A stretch of DNA of 63,152 nt, filler included, from Octopus bimaculoides (lineage: Eukaryota), in NCBI RefSeq assembly GCF_001194135.2. It is 6 parts of 6 records of this genome, joined end to end, with 100 filler letters (N's around TTAATTAATTAA, not from the genome) between each part and the next. Parts side by side here need not be neighbours in the genome. Positions count along the whole stretch, not along the records: positions 1 to 19,352 come from NC_068985.1; positions 19,453 to 29,005 come from NC_069000.1; 4 more parts are not named here. One strand, 5' to 3'. Numbering within the stretch: the stretch's first letter is position 1; the number at the start of each line of letters is the position of its first letter. Position numbers and translations under genes: made by a program. The notes below the pieces were generated by a model, which saw only the letters and a program-made list of their open reading frames with translations, was not told where the DNA came from and ran no database searches. Below, in pieces: positions 13,632 to 27,621 of this stretch.

Positions 13632-16064
13632 AACAAGGAATACCATTTCCATGCTTTATGTTCTCCTCTCATGATAGATGTGTTCTTTACATTACATAAT
13701 AGCCCTATACTGGTTGCAGAGAACCCTATCAGGTCATGCAACAGAGGGAGCTTAATGCGAATACATTATTAAGAGTTGCAACCGATATAGTAATTTTACT
13801 GTGCACCTAGCACATCTATTCCCTCATATATTGTACATAAGCAAATATGCAAATGCTATGTTTGTGTGCAGCTATAGTTATAAGTCATCCGTAAGCACTT
13901 ACTTGGGAGAAAAAAAAAGGAAAAATACAACAGATGAGACTAAATCCCCATATTATCCACTTTACATTGAAACATTCCTCTATTTTCTGTCCTAGGTTAC
14001 CTTGATTATAATGTCTTATATTGTTTAGAAGCTTATGCATTAATTTCTAGTTATGTGTGTAATTCCCTTTACTCATTTATTGATTTCAGTCATAGAACTG
14101 CGGATATATTACACCCAGAACCATGCTAATAGCTTTGGAGTGAAATTTAGAATTTCTCGGTTATGACTTCAGGAAGCTATATACATGTAGTTTTATTGAG
14201 GATATAATTAACCACCCTGCTACTGGTGGCATGATAATGTGCATTTAGCACTTTCTGTAAAGTGGTTACTGTTGAGGAAGGCATCTAGTTGTAGAAACCA
14301 TGACAAAAATGGAACATACAAGTGAGATGTGGTCCTCTAACTTGTCTATGAAGGTAATAACTGCAGATAAAAACTGACTTGGACCCTGATGACATATCCA
14401 ACCCATGCCAGAATGAGTAAGTGGATGTAAAAGAATGCTGATAATATATGTGAATTTATGTAGCTGGCATTTGGAGTATTTAGAAGGCAACTTGCAAATC
14501 TAAACGGTGATGTATTGGGTGCTATTTTCTTTTGTTTACGCACGTGCATACACACATATATTTATATACACCTTTTCAGTTGACTATAACATACACTTGT
14601 ATTGAACCCAATGTTTTTCAAAGGTGACAATATCTAGGGTTGTTGTTCCTCACATGAATATTATGAGTGTTGAGGATTACATCCTCATCTTTCTTTAAAA
14701 TACAAGCAGCTCTAAGAATTTTGATTTGATATTCTCAGACCATAGTCTCTAGATTACAACAGTGTCAGCAAATTAAAATGGCCTTGTCCTTGACTAGTAC
14801 TAACAGACATGCACACACTCATGCAAGTGGATGGATAAATGAAAGAAGGTGATACTCAACACATGTGATAGGAGTTACATATATTTTTTGATAGCAGTTT
14901 GACTCAGCTCCATGTGACTTATGGGAATGTAGGGCAATCCCATCTCATCAAACTCTTCTGATTTCTGATAAGATAGGTTTGTCCTATAACAGTTTGACCA
15001 AAACCTTTTAAGGCAGTGTTCCAGTATGGCTGCAGAAATGAACATGACTTAGCATTTAATAACATGTCTGGTGCCTTCAAGCAATCCCCAGGCACTTCTC
15101 AGGATTGTGTGAAAACGTTTTGTTCATAAGACATTTTATAAGTCATTTTCATTGCATGAAACTATTAGTAGCTCATAAAAATACATACTGCGTTTGTTAA
15201 TTAATATTTATCTCTCAACAGATGGAGTACTCTTGTTGTTGATCTTACCTTCAAGAAACAGTATGCTCTTTCTCTCTCTCTCTCTCTATATATATATACA
15301 TATATATATATATNNNNNNNNNNNNNNNNNNNNNNNNNNNNNNNNNNNNNNNNNNNNNNNNNNNNNNNNNNNNNNNNNNNNNNNNNNNNNNNNNNNNNNN
15401 NNNNNNNNNNNNNNNNNNNNNNNNNNNNNNNNNNNNNNNNNNNNNNNNNNNNNNNNNNNNNNNNNNNNNNNNNNNNNNNNNNNNNNNNNNNNNNNNNNNN
15501 NNNNNNNNNNNNNNNNNNNNNNNNNNNNNNNNNNNNNNNNNNNNNNNNNNNNNNNNNNNNNNNNNNNNNNNNNNNNNNNNNNNNNNNNNNNNNNNNNNNN
15601 NNNNNNNNNNNNNNNNNNNNNNNNNNNNNNNNNNNNNNNNNNNNNNNNNNNNNNNNNNNNNNNNNNNNNNNNNNNNNNNNNNNNNNNNNNNNNNNNNNNN
15701 NNNNNNNNNNNNNNNNNNNNNNNNNNNNNNNNNNNNNNNNNNNNNNNNNNNNNNNNNNNNNNNNNNNNNNNNNNNNNNNNNNNNNNNNNNNNNNNNNNNN
15801 NNNNNNNNNNNNNNNNNNNNNNNNNNNNNNNNNNNNNNNNNNNNNNNNNNNNNNNNNNNNNNNNNNNNNNNNNNNNNNNNNNNNNNNNNNNNNNNNNNNN
15901 NNNNNNNNNNNNNNNNNNNNNNNNNNNNNNNNNNNNNNNNNNNNNNNNNNNNNNNNNNNNNNNNNNNNNNNNNNNNNNNNNNNNNNNNNNNNNNNNNNNN
16001 NNNNNNNNNNNNNNNNNNNNNNNNNNNNNNNNNNNNNNNNNNNNNNNNNNNNNNNNNNNNNNNN

Positions 16065-16122
<58 letters not shown>

Positions 16123-16250
16123 GCTTATTAGTCTAGTTGTCATGATTATTTATAGAGTAACTGTAAGTTGTTTATGTCTAATATGCAAAACAATTGTCCT
16201 GTTTCATTTTAACTTGTCACATACATGTAACACAGCAGTACAGGCATTCA

Positions 16251-16303
<53 letters not shown>

Positions 16304-16759
16304 ACCCACCTCATATTCTCCTCTCTATGAGTTAGTTTCATTTTTTATCTATTTTTTTCTTCTTTAATTTCTGAATTCTGTTGGGTGTCACGTGAAACTA
16401 TTTACATTCAGTTTTTCGTATTTATGTAAAAACAACTTACAACATAAGCACTATCAGTAGAAAGTAAATAAGAAATTGACACTGTTCTACCATATGCAGA
16501 AGGAGGAAACTAATAAGAATTTCAAGTTTGTGTTTTGGTAGGAGGAAATACACTGTCCTTTTTTTTTTCTTTTGTTGTTTAAGATCTTTTGTGTGGAATT
16601 TATGATGCCTTGTTGTGTTCTATTTTTTTCACTTTACAGATTTATCATATGTGCAGGAGGGATTATAATTATGCCAATTTACAGAGAGATTTGCACTAAC
16701 TTTTAGTCATTGTCATCATCATCATCATCATCACTACTGCCCCCCCCCCCACCTTCCTT

Positions 16760-17330
16760 TAACAAAGGGAGGTTGATCTTTCTCTGCTTAGTGGCTATGG
16801 CAAACGAGGCTGTGTGGAGGACCCGTCTGAAAGGTTTGAAGACAGGCACTTTCCCATCTGGCCAAGCTTTCATCAATTTCTTCAAATATCATTTGAAGAG
16901 GAAGGTGAGGGTAAAGAGGGAGGTGTTACCTTCTCGTGCGTTTATCTAAAGATGGTTGACAGTGGTAAGGTTGGTGAGACTGAATGAATCCACTCTGAGT
17001 ACGCTTTTCTAAGTAGGAGGAAAGAAACTGGGAGATGGCACTTCCCATGCCTTAGGGATCACAGAGTAATCTTGGACTTCTGCATGGGGTTTACCTTGGA
17101 TTACCCTAAGTGGACTACTTCACTATTGGAGATTTTATTTATTGATTTTTTTCATATTTCTCTAAACTTCTATTTATATATCCTTTGTTATATCCTTTAA
17201 TGTTATAGTGTTTTCCTTTGATCGATGTTAAACCCCCACCTGTTTTGTGTTTTATCTTGTCCTTTGATATTGTCCTCCAAGTCCTGGGCCCTTGTGACAA
17301 GTGAAAGAAATTTTTATAACAATGATAATA
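16760..17330 (+). mobile_element. 3' end of an L1/Tx1-like LINE (ORF2 C-terminus plus 3' UTR)
   Basis: IFLCLVAMANEAVWRTR...FINFFKYHLKRKVRVKREVL...F..W pattern resembles the L1/Tx1 ORF2 C-terminus; pyrimidine-rich tail follows. Confidence 0.5.
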
Positions 17331-17359
17331 ATTTCAAATATTGGCATATAGTCAGCAGT

Positions 17360-17535
17360 TTTGGGGGAGGAAGTAAGCCGGTTACATTGCCCCCAGTGAT
17401 AAACTGGTACTTATTTTATCGCCCCTGAAAAGATGAAAGGCGAAGTCGACCTTGGTGGAATTTGAACTCAGTATGTGAAGATGGATGAAATGCTGCTAAA
17501 CATTTTGCCTGTTATGCTAATGAATCTGCCACCTC
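17360..17535 (-). mobile_element. tRNA-derived SINE (family A)
   Basis: Reverse complement of B-box GAGTTCAAATTCC plus GTCGAC.TTGCCTTTCATC core. Confidence 0.75.
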
Positions 17536-19043
17536 ATTGCCTTTTATAATAATAATAATAAGAAGAAGAAGAAGAAGAAGAAGAATGTGGATTGATAAAA
17601 TTGTTAGAATATCAGATAAACTGCTGTGTGGTGTTCCAATTTTTTATGTGCCGGGTTTGAATCCTATTAAAGTCAACTATGCCATTCATCCTTCTGGAGT
17701 TGATGAATTACCAATCAAGTACTGGAGTTAATGTAATTAACTAAACTCTATCCCTCAAAATTGCTGGCCTTGTGTCTAAATTAGAAACATTTATTATTAC
17801 CTAAACATTTCAATTCAACGGTTCGTTTGTGTAATCAGTTTTGGTAAATTTAAAGTTTACACACACACACACAGACACAGTTTCTCTCTGTCTCTCTCTT
17901 TCACACAAAAACATACATATAACAGTACTTTTATATATATTATGTGATATTTAATGATATCTTTAAGATGTTTCAAGCTTCCTTATTACGTCTGTATTCT
18001 CTGTCATTTTATTTGCCTGTGTGTGATATTTTAAAATCTCTAACATGTTTGTGGATATATGAAAAAACTATTTCTAAATAATCAAGTCATAAGGATCTAT
18101 ACAGAACTCCTGTTTCATGGTTTGTAATAATATCACAGACAACATTCTCAAAAGGTATGATGTTTATTTCCATCAGTGAAGTATACAAACAGATGGCATA
18201 AATTGTCCTAATCAGAGTGACACAAGGAAATAATTGTTGATGTGACCTTAAGGTTTTATGAGCTTCAACTATTTCACTTCTGTCCTAGCTTTCTACAGCT
18301 GTGATGTGTTTCAGTAAACCTGTTATGCAATAAATCTGAGAACTTTTCTGTGGCATATTAACATTGATTTATTCATTTTAAGACAACTAAGATAACTAGA
18401 TCTGTTTAGTCTTAATGGAAAACAGTTACAGTGCAAATGGAAAGTAGTTCTAGTGCTAATAGAAAACATACATTAATTTTACAGCTTTTTACTGGTGGTA
18501 GGAAAAAGCCCCTCCAAAAAGTAGTGAATGCAAGTGCCTCTTTTGTATATCAGAAGGGTGTTAGTAATTTCAGGCTCTCCCAATATTTTAACAAGTCTGT
18601 GCTTGAACTGGACATTTGTCTCGGACTTAACAACTTCCCTTTGTAATTAGCTACAGCTGTTGTTGTTTAGCAACAAGACGGCCCTGTTCAGACAATCTTC
18701 TGATTAAAGAAACTCCGTCTGTGACCAGCCCATCTTTTTATCAGACTGTGTATCTATGTGTATCCAATGTATATTTCTTATAAGACAATAGAATATAAAG
18801 GAGAGTTAGCTGTTATTTCTAGTAAGTTGAGTGACCACTCGGAAACTTTCTTCCTTTTTTTGTTATATTTACTGTTAGTTGTTACTGTTATATTTGTTTT
18901 AGTTATTACTTAACCCACCAGATCAATCTTGATTGACTGAACAGCCCTATAATCAGAGCTGTCCCAGCTGTGGCCACTGACCATCCTGCCTTTTTTAAAA
19001 TTTATTTAAAAATATTTACACAAGTGTATTTTTAATTGTATAT

Positions 19044-19200
19044 AGGCACAGGCGTGGCTGTGTGGCAAGAAGCTTGCTTCCTAAGCACATGGTTCCGGGT
19101 TCAGTCCCACTGTGTGGCACCTTGGGCAACTGTCTTCTGTAGCCTCAGGTCGACCAAAGCCTTGTGAGTGGATTTGGTAGAAACTGAAAGAAGCTTGTCG
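19044..19200 (+). mobile_element. tRNA-derived SINE (family B)
   Basis: A-box/B-box-like GTGGCTGTGTGG...GGTTCAGTCCC followed by family body and (TA)n. Confidence 0.85.
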
Positions 19201-19290
<90 letters not shown>

Positions 19291-20193
19291 TTCACCATGT
19301 TAGATCACTAGCCACTACACATTCTTTATTTTCTCTCCTTGTTTCTTTTCATNNNNNNNNNNNNNNNNNNNNNNNNNNNNNNNNNNNNNNNNNNNNTTAA
19401 TTAATTAANNNNNNNNNNNNNNNNNNNNNNNNNNNNNNNNNNNNNNNNNNNNATATATATATATATATATATATATATACATTGTTATATATTTATGCAT
19501 ATATATGTATATATGTGAGTGTATCAAGTACACTTTAAAATCAAACAACTACTCAATACTTTATAGCTGTAGAGTCTGCAGTTTTGTACTTCTCTGCTCG
19601 TTTATCACGGGTTTTGGTTACAAAATAGAAAAAGCACCGTTTTAAATGTATCATTGATAAATTAGTAATGAAGCATATGGAGGAAATACGTTTGGTTCAG
19701 AATCCCCATGTTGCGGTAGGTGGTAGGGTCGCTCGGTCACGCTTTGTGATCTAAACAGAATCTTTGACTGGCCACCGAACCGAGTTGTCATAGATCAATT
19801 CGTGATGAGCGTAACATGGTTCGTAATTAGAGTGTCATGTTGTCCCGGATCAGTGATAAATGAATCGGTAATAAACGAATATAGATGTACTAGCACGATA
19901 ATACACGCCAATCATTTTTCTTTTGAGGTATTACAACATATTGCAACATCTGTACTGCTTTCGAACATTAACTCATTATTAATCGAAAAATACACGCACA
20001 AACATTCGTACATTGATACATACATACATACATACATACATACATACATACATACATAGAACATACAAATCTGCACATATACATACATACATGAAAAATT
20101 ACCCTGTTGATGTTGCTGAAATTCCAAAGAAGGAGCCTTGAATCTAGGTTAGAAACCGGCTCTTTCTCTATTGGCAAGATATCTTGAAATAAA

Positions 20194-20396
20194 GGCTGGC
20201 AGAAACGTTAGCGCGCCGGGTGAAATGCTTAGCAGTATTTCGTCTGCCGTTACATTCTGAGTTCAAATTCCGCCGAGGTCGACTTTGCGTTTCATCCTTT
20301 CAGGGTCGATAAATTAAGTACCAGTTACGACTTAATCCCTTTGTCTGTCCTTGTTTGTCCCCTCTATGTTTAGCCCCTTGTGGGCAATAAAGAAAT
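20194..20396 (+). mobile_element. tRNA-derived SINE (family A) with 18-bp TSD
   Basis: B-box GAGTTCAAATTCC; exact flanking duplication AAGATATCTTGAAATAAA at 20176-20193 and 20397-20414. Confidence 0.9.
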
Positions 20397-21225
20397 AAGA
20401 TATCTTGAAATAAACCAAATAAACTGAATAATGACATACATGTATACATGCATACATACATTAATACACACACACATATACACACATACTTGTACGCGTG
20501 TATCTGTATGTGCTCGTGTATGTGCGTGTGTGTGCCTAGACTGAGTTTCTCGTCGACAAGTCGTTGATATTAATGAAGTGTTAAACACTAAAGACATGCA
20601 AATTAGGAGATCCAATTCTCTAACGCTACTAGATTTGATGTGTATATAAACAGAATAGCTACTTGTTTATACACAAGCTATATAGACAGCTCTGATGAAC
20701 CCTTTTCTGATGAGACCCTTCTAAGAGAGGGAGAATCGATTAAGACAATTCGTTAACTCTTTGAATCGTGAGAAAAACTAATATATCTACTATGTAGGTG
20801 TATATGCATATATATATATGGGCAGATAGATAGATTGGTGTGTTTATATTTGTATAATTATTTTGCATTGGAGGGTGGGAAGTTCGAAATTCTATTGAAG
20901 CAACTGAATAACTGTAGGGCATAACCTATCCAAGATATTAAATTTTGATTCTACATATGTAAAGTATTGAGTATTTCCTTGACCATAATGTATTTGATTC
21001 CTGTTCGAGACTTAAAACATACGTCTGTGTATGTATATATATTGAGGGTATACATGTAAACCTAATACATATGAGTGCATGCATTCTATTATATAATATA
21101 ATATATGTACATACACACATTACATATTTATATTATATATATATGTATACACACACACACAATATATTCATTTGATTAAAAAAAATTCTCCAAGTAAAAG
21201 ATAAAAATAAACGATATTATATATA

Positions 21226-21259
<34 letters not shown>

Positions 21260-22769
21260 NNNNNNNNNNNNNNNNNNNNNNNNNNNNNNNNNNNNCAACT
21301 GAATAACTGTAGGGCATAACCTATCCAAGATATTAAATTTTGATTCTACATATGTAAAGTATTGAGTATTTCCTTGACCATAATGTATTTGATTCCTGTT
21401 CGAGACTTAAAACATACGTCTGTGTATGTATATATAATATCTATACATAAACATATTTATTGTGTAGTAAAATCGGTAAAAAGAGTACATGTAAATTGAC
21501 GTGAGGAGTAGAAAATCTAACGCTTCGAATATAGTCTTTCTTCAGGAGAAAAGTCGAAATGAGAGAAATTAATAAGAGACAGCAGAATTTTACATTTAAT
21601 TTACAAAAAAATAAAAGACTGGCCACCACTCCTCACGGCAAGTTCACTGTACGCTTTTTATGGATTTTACTACAGACCAACAACAGCCTCTTTGGAGTCT
21701 GATTATCATATATACAAATATATTATATATATATATATATGTACATAATTAAGTATATATGTGTACATAATTAATTATATATATAAATATGTATATACAT
21801 AATTGTACATAATTGTATGTATGTATGTACGTACTTATCAGAATATAAATTAAATACCTGCCTTCCAGTCAGTCCGTTTAAAATTGGTTCCCGGTTATAT
21901 AATAAATATATCAATAAAAATTTCTTCACAAATTGTGTTGATTAAGTGCACGTGTATAACGGAAAGGCCTTAAATGGATTCTTGTACTTTTTATTTCTTT
22001 ATAGAGAACCAAACAAAATGTTGAGCTCTTAAGACCAGTGGGAGCACTAAAGTTCCATGAAATAAGTCTTTGAGACATCAATTCAATTCTTGTGTTCACT
22101 CATTTCACTCCTGTGAACCCTACGATTTCCGACTATAGTCTCGTTAATACGGAGAGTAAAACTTCATGCTCTATCGAGTTATGTTTCTCTCGACAAGCTC
22201 GCTATTTCAAGACGAAGTATTCAGTGGTAAACGAATGAATCCATTTCTATTTTCAAATAAATTATATCTTTTAAGATATGTTATATTTACTATAAGAGTG
22301 ATTTGTGTTTTGATATAATCGATGGATGAAAGCCTTGTGATATTTAATTATTTCCTCAGGCTTTGCGCTCCAAAAAGAAAGCCTTTAAAAAATGTTATAT
22401 TTACTACAAAGGTTATCTGTGATTTGTTATTATCGATAAAGCAGCTGACAATGCCTTATGGTATTTAGTTGTCTCACTTGAGTTTGTTTTTCAATAAGGA
22501 AATCATTTTAAATTGTCATATATACTATAAGGGTAATCTGTGATTCGATGTAATCGAGAAAGCGGTAGACAAAATACCTTGTGATATGTAGTTATCTCCC
22601 TTGGCTTTATGCCATATTATCATATTAACTTTGTTACCCTTCCAAAATGGATAAAACATAGTACCAGTTAGATATTGAAGTCTGTAATGGTCAATGCTCA
22701 TTCTTCAAATCTATATTACAAAATATTATTACTGGTCAACCCGCAAGACTGCGAACTGGACGAATCCTT

Positions 22770-23170
22770 AATGCGCTGGGCAAAATGCTTAGCGGCATTT
22801 CATCCGTTTTTTGTTCTCTGAGTTCAAATTTCACCGAGGTTGACTTTACCTTTCATCCTTTTTGGGTCGATAAAATAAGTACCAGTTAAGCACTGGTGTC
22901 GATGTAATCGACTTATATCCACTCCCATTATAACTGATCTACGCTTAAGGCGGCAAGCTGGGAGAATTGTTAGCGTGTCGGACGAAATACTTAGCGACAT
23001 TTGTTCTGATTCTTTACGTTCTGAGTTCAAATTCCTCCGAGATCGACTTCACCTGTCATCCTCCCCAGATTGATTAAAAAGTACCAGATAAGTACTGTGA
23101 TCGATGTAATCGGCTTCCTATGGCTTGCCTTACCTTCAAAAATTAATGACCTTGTACCAAAATTAGAAAG
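22770..23170 (+). mobile_element. Two head-to-tail family A SINEs
   Basis: GAGTTCAAATT...GT/ATCGAC..T..CCT.TCATCC...AAGTACCAG core at ~22820 and ~23023. Confidence 0.8.
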
Positions 23171-24035
23171 AATCATTATGTGCCTCTCCATACCGCAAAT
23201 AATGATAACAAACATGTTTATCTTAATTCTATGGGAATCGTAATAATATAAAGTCAAAAATCTGTTTAAAACTATTTTTAAACAGATGTTTACATATAGC
23301 ATTGCAGATTTTATAACATAGACTATATTTAGTTTAATACTTCACAATCTGGAAGTTTAACCAGTTCAAATGAATGATCACAGAAAGTAGAGTCAGTAAG
23401 AATAAACTTGGCCATGACTATCTAATTAAATATTCATTTTATTATTCACTTTCTGTTAATGAAAATTTTGTTCCACAAAATATTTTCTTGGTTATGATTA
23501 TTTTCTACATGCAGATTTAAATCATTTGTAGGTCTACCTAGCGCCATATTGTAACTAGAGGAGATAGCTTCAAAATTATTACAATTTTTCCTTTTGCCTG
23601 ATAAGAAATATGGAAATCCACAACGGTATTTATTAGAAGAGTGATTATTGAAAATTGGTCTCTGTTTCCATCAGTGCAGTATGATAACTATTAATTCTTC
23701 AAATCATAAAGATTATTTTCGATAAGGTGGGTTTGATTTTCCAGATAATTTATTTAAAAGAAAATGTGACTCAATGTTTATTGAAAATTTCGGATGTAAA
23801 CGAGCATCTCTTAATACTTAAACATTCGTTTCGAATTTCTAATTAAGCGTACTAGAAGTGATAAAAAAAAACAAAAACAAAAACAAACAAAAAAAACACA
23901 AAACGAAATCTGGGGTTGACTCAAGAACAAGTAGTCCTGCATTTTCTGAAGGAGTGTAGCTCGAGATGAAAGTTTAAACGAACATAAAATCTCAAAGCCG
24001 GTGTCATTAAAACTTGAAAGGCATCACAATAATAG

Positions 24036-24071
<36 letters not shown>

Positions 24072-24143
24072 ATGCATACATAGGTACATACATGTATACA
24101 TATATATACATTACATATATATATGTATATGTATATATGCATG

Positions 24144-24232
<89 letters not shown>

Positions 24233-24373
24233 GTGTATATATGCATATATATATATGTGTGTGTGTGCTCATATATATATATATATATAGATATACACAA
24301 ACATTTCTTTCTGTCAGTTTATCTTTTTGCCTGGTATTTCTCTGTATGTCTATTAAATTATCAATCTGTATAA

Positions 24374-24407
<34 letters not shown>

Positions 24408-24819
24408 CTCGAAACAATCATGAGAATTTGTGAAAATATAGAACGCAATATTAAAAAAAAAAGCATAAAATAAAAACTGAAACGAAATAATGTAAAATAA
24501 GATGTCTTGATAATAATGCTCTTTCTTCTATCTATAAGTTCAATTGACTGCAGAAAATTTTCCCTGTAATTATTTTTACTTTCATGACTTTTATCGTTTG
24601 AATATTTTCCTTCTTTGTAAATTGTTTTTCTTCTCGCCCACCACTAACAATTTTGAATCAATCTTTTTTTTATTTATAAAAAGAAATAAATTACATCTAT
24701 ATCGAAAATTAAGTAAAGAAAAAGCCTTTTATTGTTCTCTTTTTCCATTACGCTTCTTGGCGCGTGAGAGTTTTGTCACGTGGGATATACTTTCGCTTTT
24801 ATTGTCTCTACGTGTAACC

Positions 24820-24856
<37 letters not shown>

Positions 24857-25398
24857 TTCCTGTAAGAGTTCCAGGATAGAAAAGGGTAAGATCAGGAGGA
24901 TTGGAAGGGAATAAAGAAAGAACTGATATGTAATGATACGCAATAACACTACAGTGTGAATTGATTGCTTATCACCATGTTCTTTGAACTGTAATTATCA
25001 CACACACGCATACACATACACACACACACACACACAGGTGCAGGCGGAACTGCGTGGTAAGAAGCTTGCTTCCGGTTTATCGTTTTGGTTATTTAAACTA
25101 CTGTCTTTGTGTGTAACACTGGTGTTTTTGAGCTGTCTTAGCGGTGCGACGTTTTCCCTCTTGTTTAATGGAGGGAAGTCGTGTAATGAGTTGTGAAAAT
25201 TTGAGTTCTTCTTCTTCTTCAGACTTTATGTCGTCTGAAGAATAAATGGTAAAATATTTGAAAAGAATCAACAAGGAAATGGAAACAAAGAACTGTGCTA
25301 CAGTGGCAAAAGGAAAAATGGAAGACGTAAGCCTAGAAGAATACTTAAAAGGGAGAGGAACGATGTGAAGGTGTTCATCCCCAAAGAAATGTTAAAGG

Positions 25399-25910
25399 AT
25401 GAAAATGAGAGGACAATTATTTACAGGACATACGCGGTGGCAACAAGAAAAAATAGAAGCGGTGTCGGAGGCACAAGTTGAAAAGGCGTTGAGACCAGTC
25501 TGGCACGGGATTTCATACCTTGCCAGGGGAAGAAAGTGCGGAACGGTGGAGGAGCAGTTTCGTGATACAGCTACCGCCAGACTGCACTCAGCTACACCAT
25601 TACAAGCTGAAGAAGTGGTGCTTCTACCCGTATACCTTGAGAGACGTGCTTCCAGGTTTAGGATAGAAGACATACCCCCAGAAGTGAATGTAGCCTGGCT
25701 GGTGGCTGCCATACTGCTAGGCATAGAGGAAAAGGTAGTGGTCCTGCAGGCCACCAGAATACCCTACAGAAACTGGCAAGGGCAGAGCCCGGACATGGTA
25801 ATACAGGTTGCCCTAGAAGATATTGAAAGTATTGTGGAAACCATTACGGTCGGAGACGTGACACTGAAAGTCAGAGGGGAAGGGAGGGTTCCGCGGTGCT
25901 ATAAATTGCT
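25399..25910 (+). mobile_element. LINE ORF1-like fragment (L1/Tx1-like), cut at the start of a zinc knuckle
   Basis: Open 178-aa frame with RFRIEDIPPEV and LKVRGEGRVPRCYK, resembling the segment before a CCHC knuckle; higher GC than flanks. Family assignment is inference. Confidence 0.5.
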
Positions 25911-26479
25911 GGCCTTGAATCCTGCAACGGACTAGCGTCCTATCCAAGGGAATGATCTCGGCCACTTATACATACCAATGAAACCGGGCAACAGACCTTA
26001 AGAGTTCCTGGACATAATAAAAAAAAACCTATATCTTTATATACTTTATGTGTGTGCACGCGCATGCGTATGTGCGTGATTTCGAAATTGTACTTGTCCG
26101 GTAGATTACTTGATCTGAGACCGTGTGTTGAAACCGAAGCAATTACAGTGTAAAGCATTCACTTTGNNNNNNNNNNCCATCTCTGCGACCTAATCACAAA
26201 TACACTTCCGCTGTAACTGTTTGAGACTTAGTTGAGTGGAAATTCTTGCAGGCTTCAATGTTTATTATATTTTTCTTGTTGACCTGACATAAATATGGAT
26301 TATTATTTAGATACTGTTTGACTACGTGATATTGGTTATCGTTACTCATTTTTAGGTTGCATTCCCTTTGTTTGTGTCATCTGATATTTTTGTGTTAAAT
26401 TTTCTATCCTTCTCTTTTTCTTCTCCTCACTTTCACTTGTCATTACGGTTAGCTTTCAGTTTATGCATTTCTCCATTTG

Positions 26480-27510
26480 CTATCTCATATATTATAAATA
26501 GCAATGTCTGTCTGTCTGTCTGTTACCATCATATTGCCTAAACCAGCGAAGCAATACTCACGAAACTTTCCATATATGTTACACTACCATCCAGTTCAAT
26601 AATAGGCTAATAATGGGCCCCCCACCCCCAGAGAGGGGGGACGAAATATAGGATAAAATGAGAAGGGTGCAACAAGTATTAGTCGTAGTCGGACGGAGAT
26701 TTACATGGAGGCACAGTAAAGTGATTAAGGAATTCTTAGGCGTGATTTGTACCGGGAGAGGGAACACAGTGTTCTACAGAGGGAACTAGTGTTCTACAGG
26801 GGTAACTAGTGTTCTACAGGGGCAACTAGTGTTCTACAGGGGCAACTAGTGTTCTACAGAGGTAAAAATGATTGTGCTTTGGAACAGCTGTGCCAAGTGA
26901 ATCGTGGAAGTAGGGTCTACAGGATGGATCGGTTGACCTTCCTGAATGGAAAAAAATCTCCCAGACGACTTCAAGAAGAATGTTATCCGATCGTATATTG
27001 TACTCCACTCACTCTCATCAAAATATGTTGTGTTGATAGAACTCACGAAGCCGAATGAAAGCAGAATAGACGAAGCTTACATCTACAATATTGAGAAACA
27101 AGCATTTTAGCCGATTGAGAGTCCGGCTTCCAAACTAAAGACCGTGCCATGTAGGTGGGAACGAGGGTGTTTAATGGGCATATCAACCTGTGAATTCGTG
27201 AAACGGCCCTCAGTTTCTGAACGGAAGGAAACCAGAGCCCTTAAGGCAATAGTAGATGTAGCTGAGAAGAGTTCCGACTGGATCTGGTCCAGGAAGAATG
27301 GAAATGAATTTCAAAAGGCACAATTTACCCTACGATCAACTGGTCGCACACCTAAATGTTTACGATACCCAAGGTATTTTTGCTCAAGGGCACCTTCACC
27401 ACCTAAGAAGGTACAAGTTGCAATGCAGTCAGTAGCACAGACTGTTACACCTGAGGAATATCCAGGAGTCGTGACCTGGATGCGGCCCGGCTCCCTTAGA
27501 CTATAAAGAA
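26480..27510 (+). mobile_element. Possible non-autonomous Helitron-like element containing a minisatellite
   Basis: Starts TCTCATATATTATAAATAGCAATGTCTGTCTGTCTG, like invertebrate Helitron/HINE 5' ends; no clear 3' hairpin-CTAG seen. Confidence 0.35.
26761..26860 (+). repeat. 20-bp minisatellite, 5 copies
   Basis: Unit GG(G/C/T)AACTAGTGTTCTACAG(G/A). Confidence 0.95.
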
Positions 27511-27621
27511 TAAAAGGACTTACTCTCTGAAGATCTTCTGCTGTTCATGTCTCCTCACAGTTTCTCACTATCCTGACACTATGTACTTGTTCATGAGAAG
27601 TTCTAAATGTTTAATTCTTAC

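Noticed and set aside
14090-14170. Apparent acceptor plus IELRIYYTQNH... frame
   Set aside because: The sequence matches the start of a SINE-like repeat (TTTCAGTCAT..ACTGCGG) and the frame closes quickly.
16640-18154. Exon-like segments at 16640 (DLSYVQEGL* or FIICAGG...) and 18105-18154 (NSCFMVCNNITDNILK)
   Set aside because: Each has only one good splice site; no recognisable protein or consistent phase chain.
20120-20170. GAAACCGGCTC hammerhead-like half
   Set aside because: No CUGANGA box and no valid helix III closure.
20707-20746. CTGATGAG...GAGAATCGATTA hammerhead-like motif
   Set aside because: GAAA is altered and helices I and II do not close properly; at best a heavily decayed copy.
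20901-21436. Exact ~141-bp direct repeat (20901-21041 and 21296-21436)
   Set aside because: The second copy starts exactly at a gap edge; most likely unmerged contig overlap or haplotype.
26761-26860. CRISPR-like periodic repeat
   Set aside because: Contiguous 20-bp units with no unique spacers, in a eukaryotic genome.
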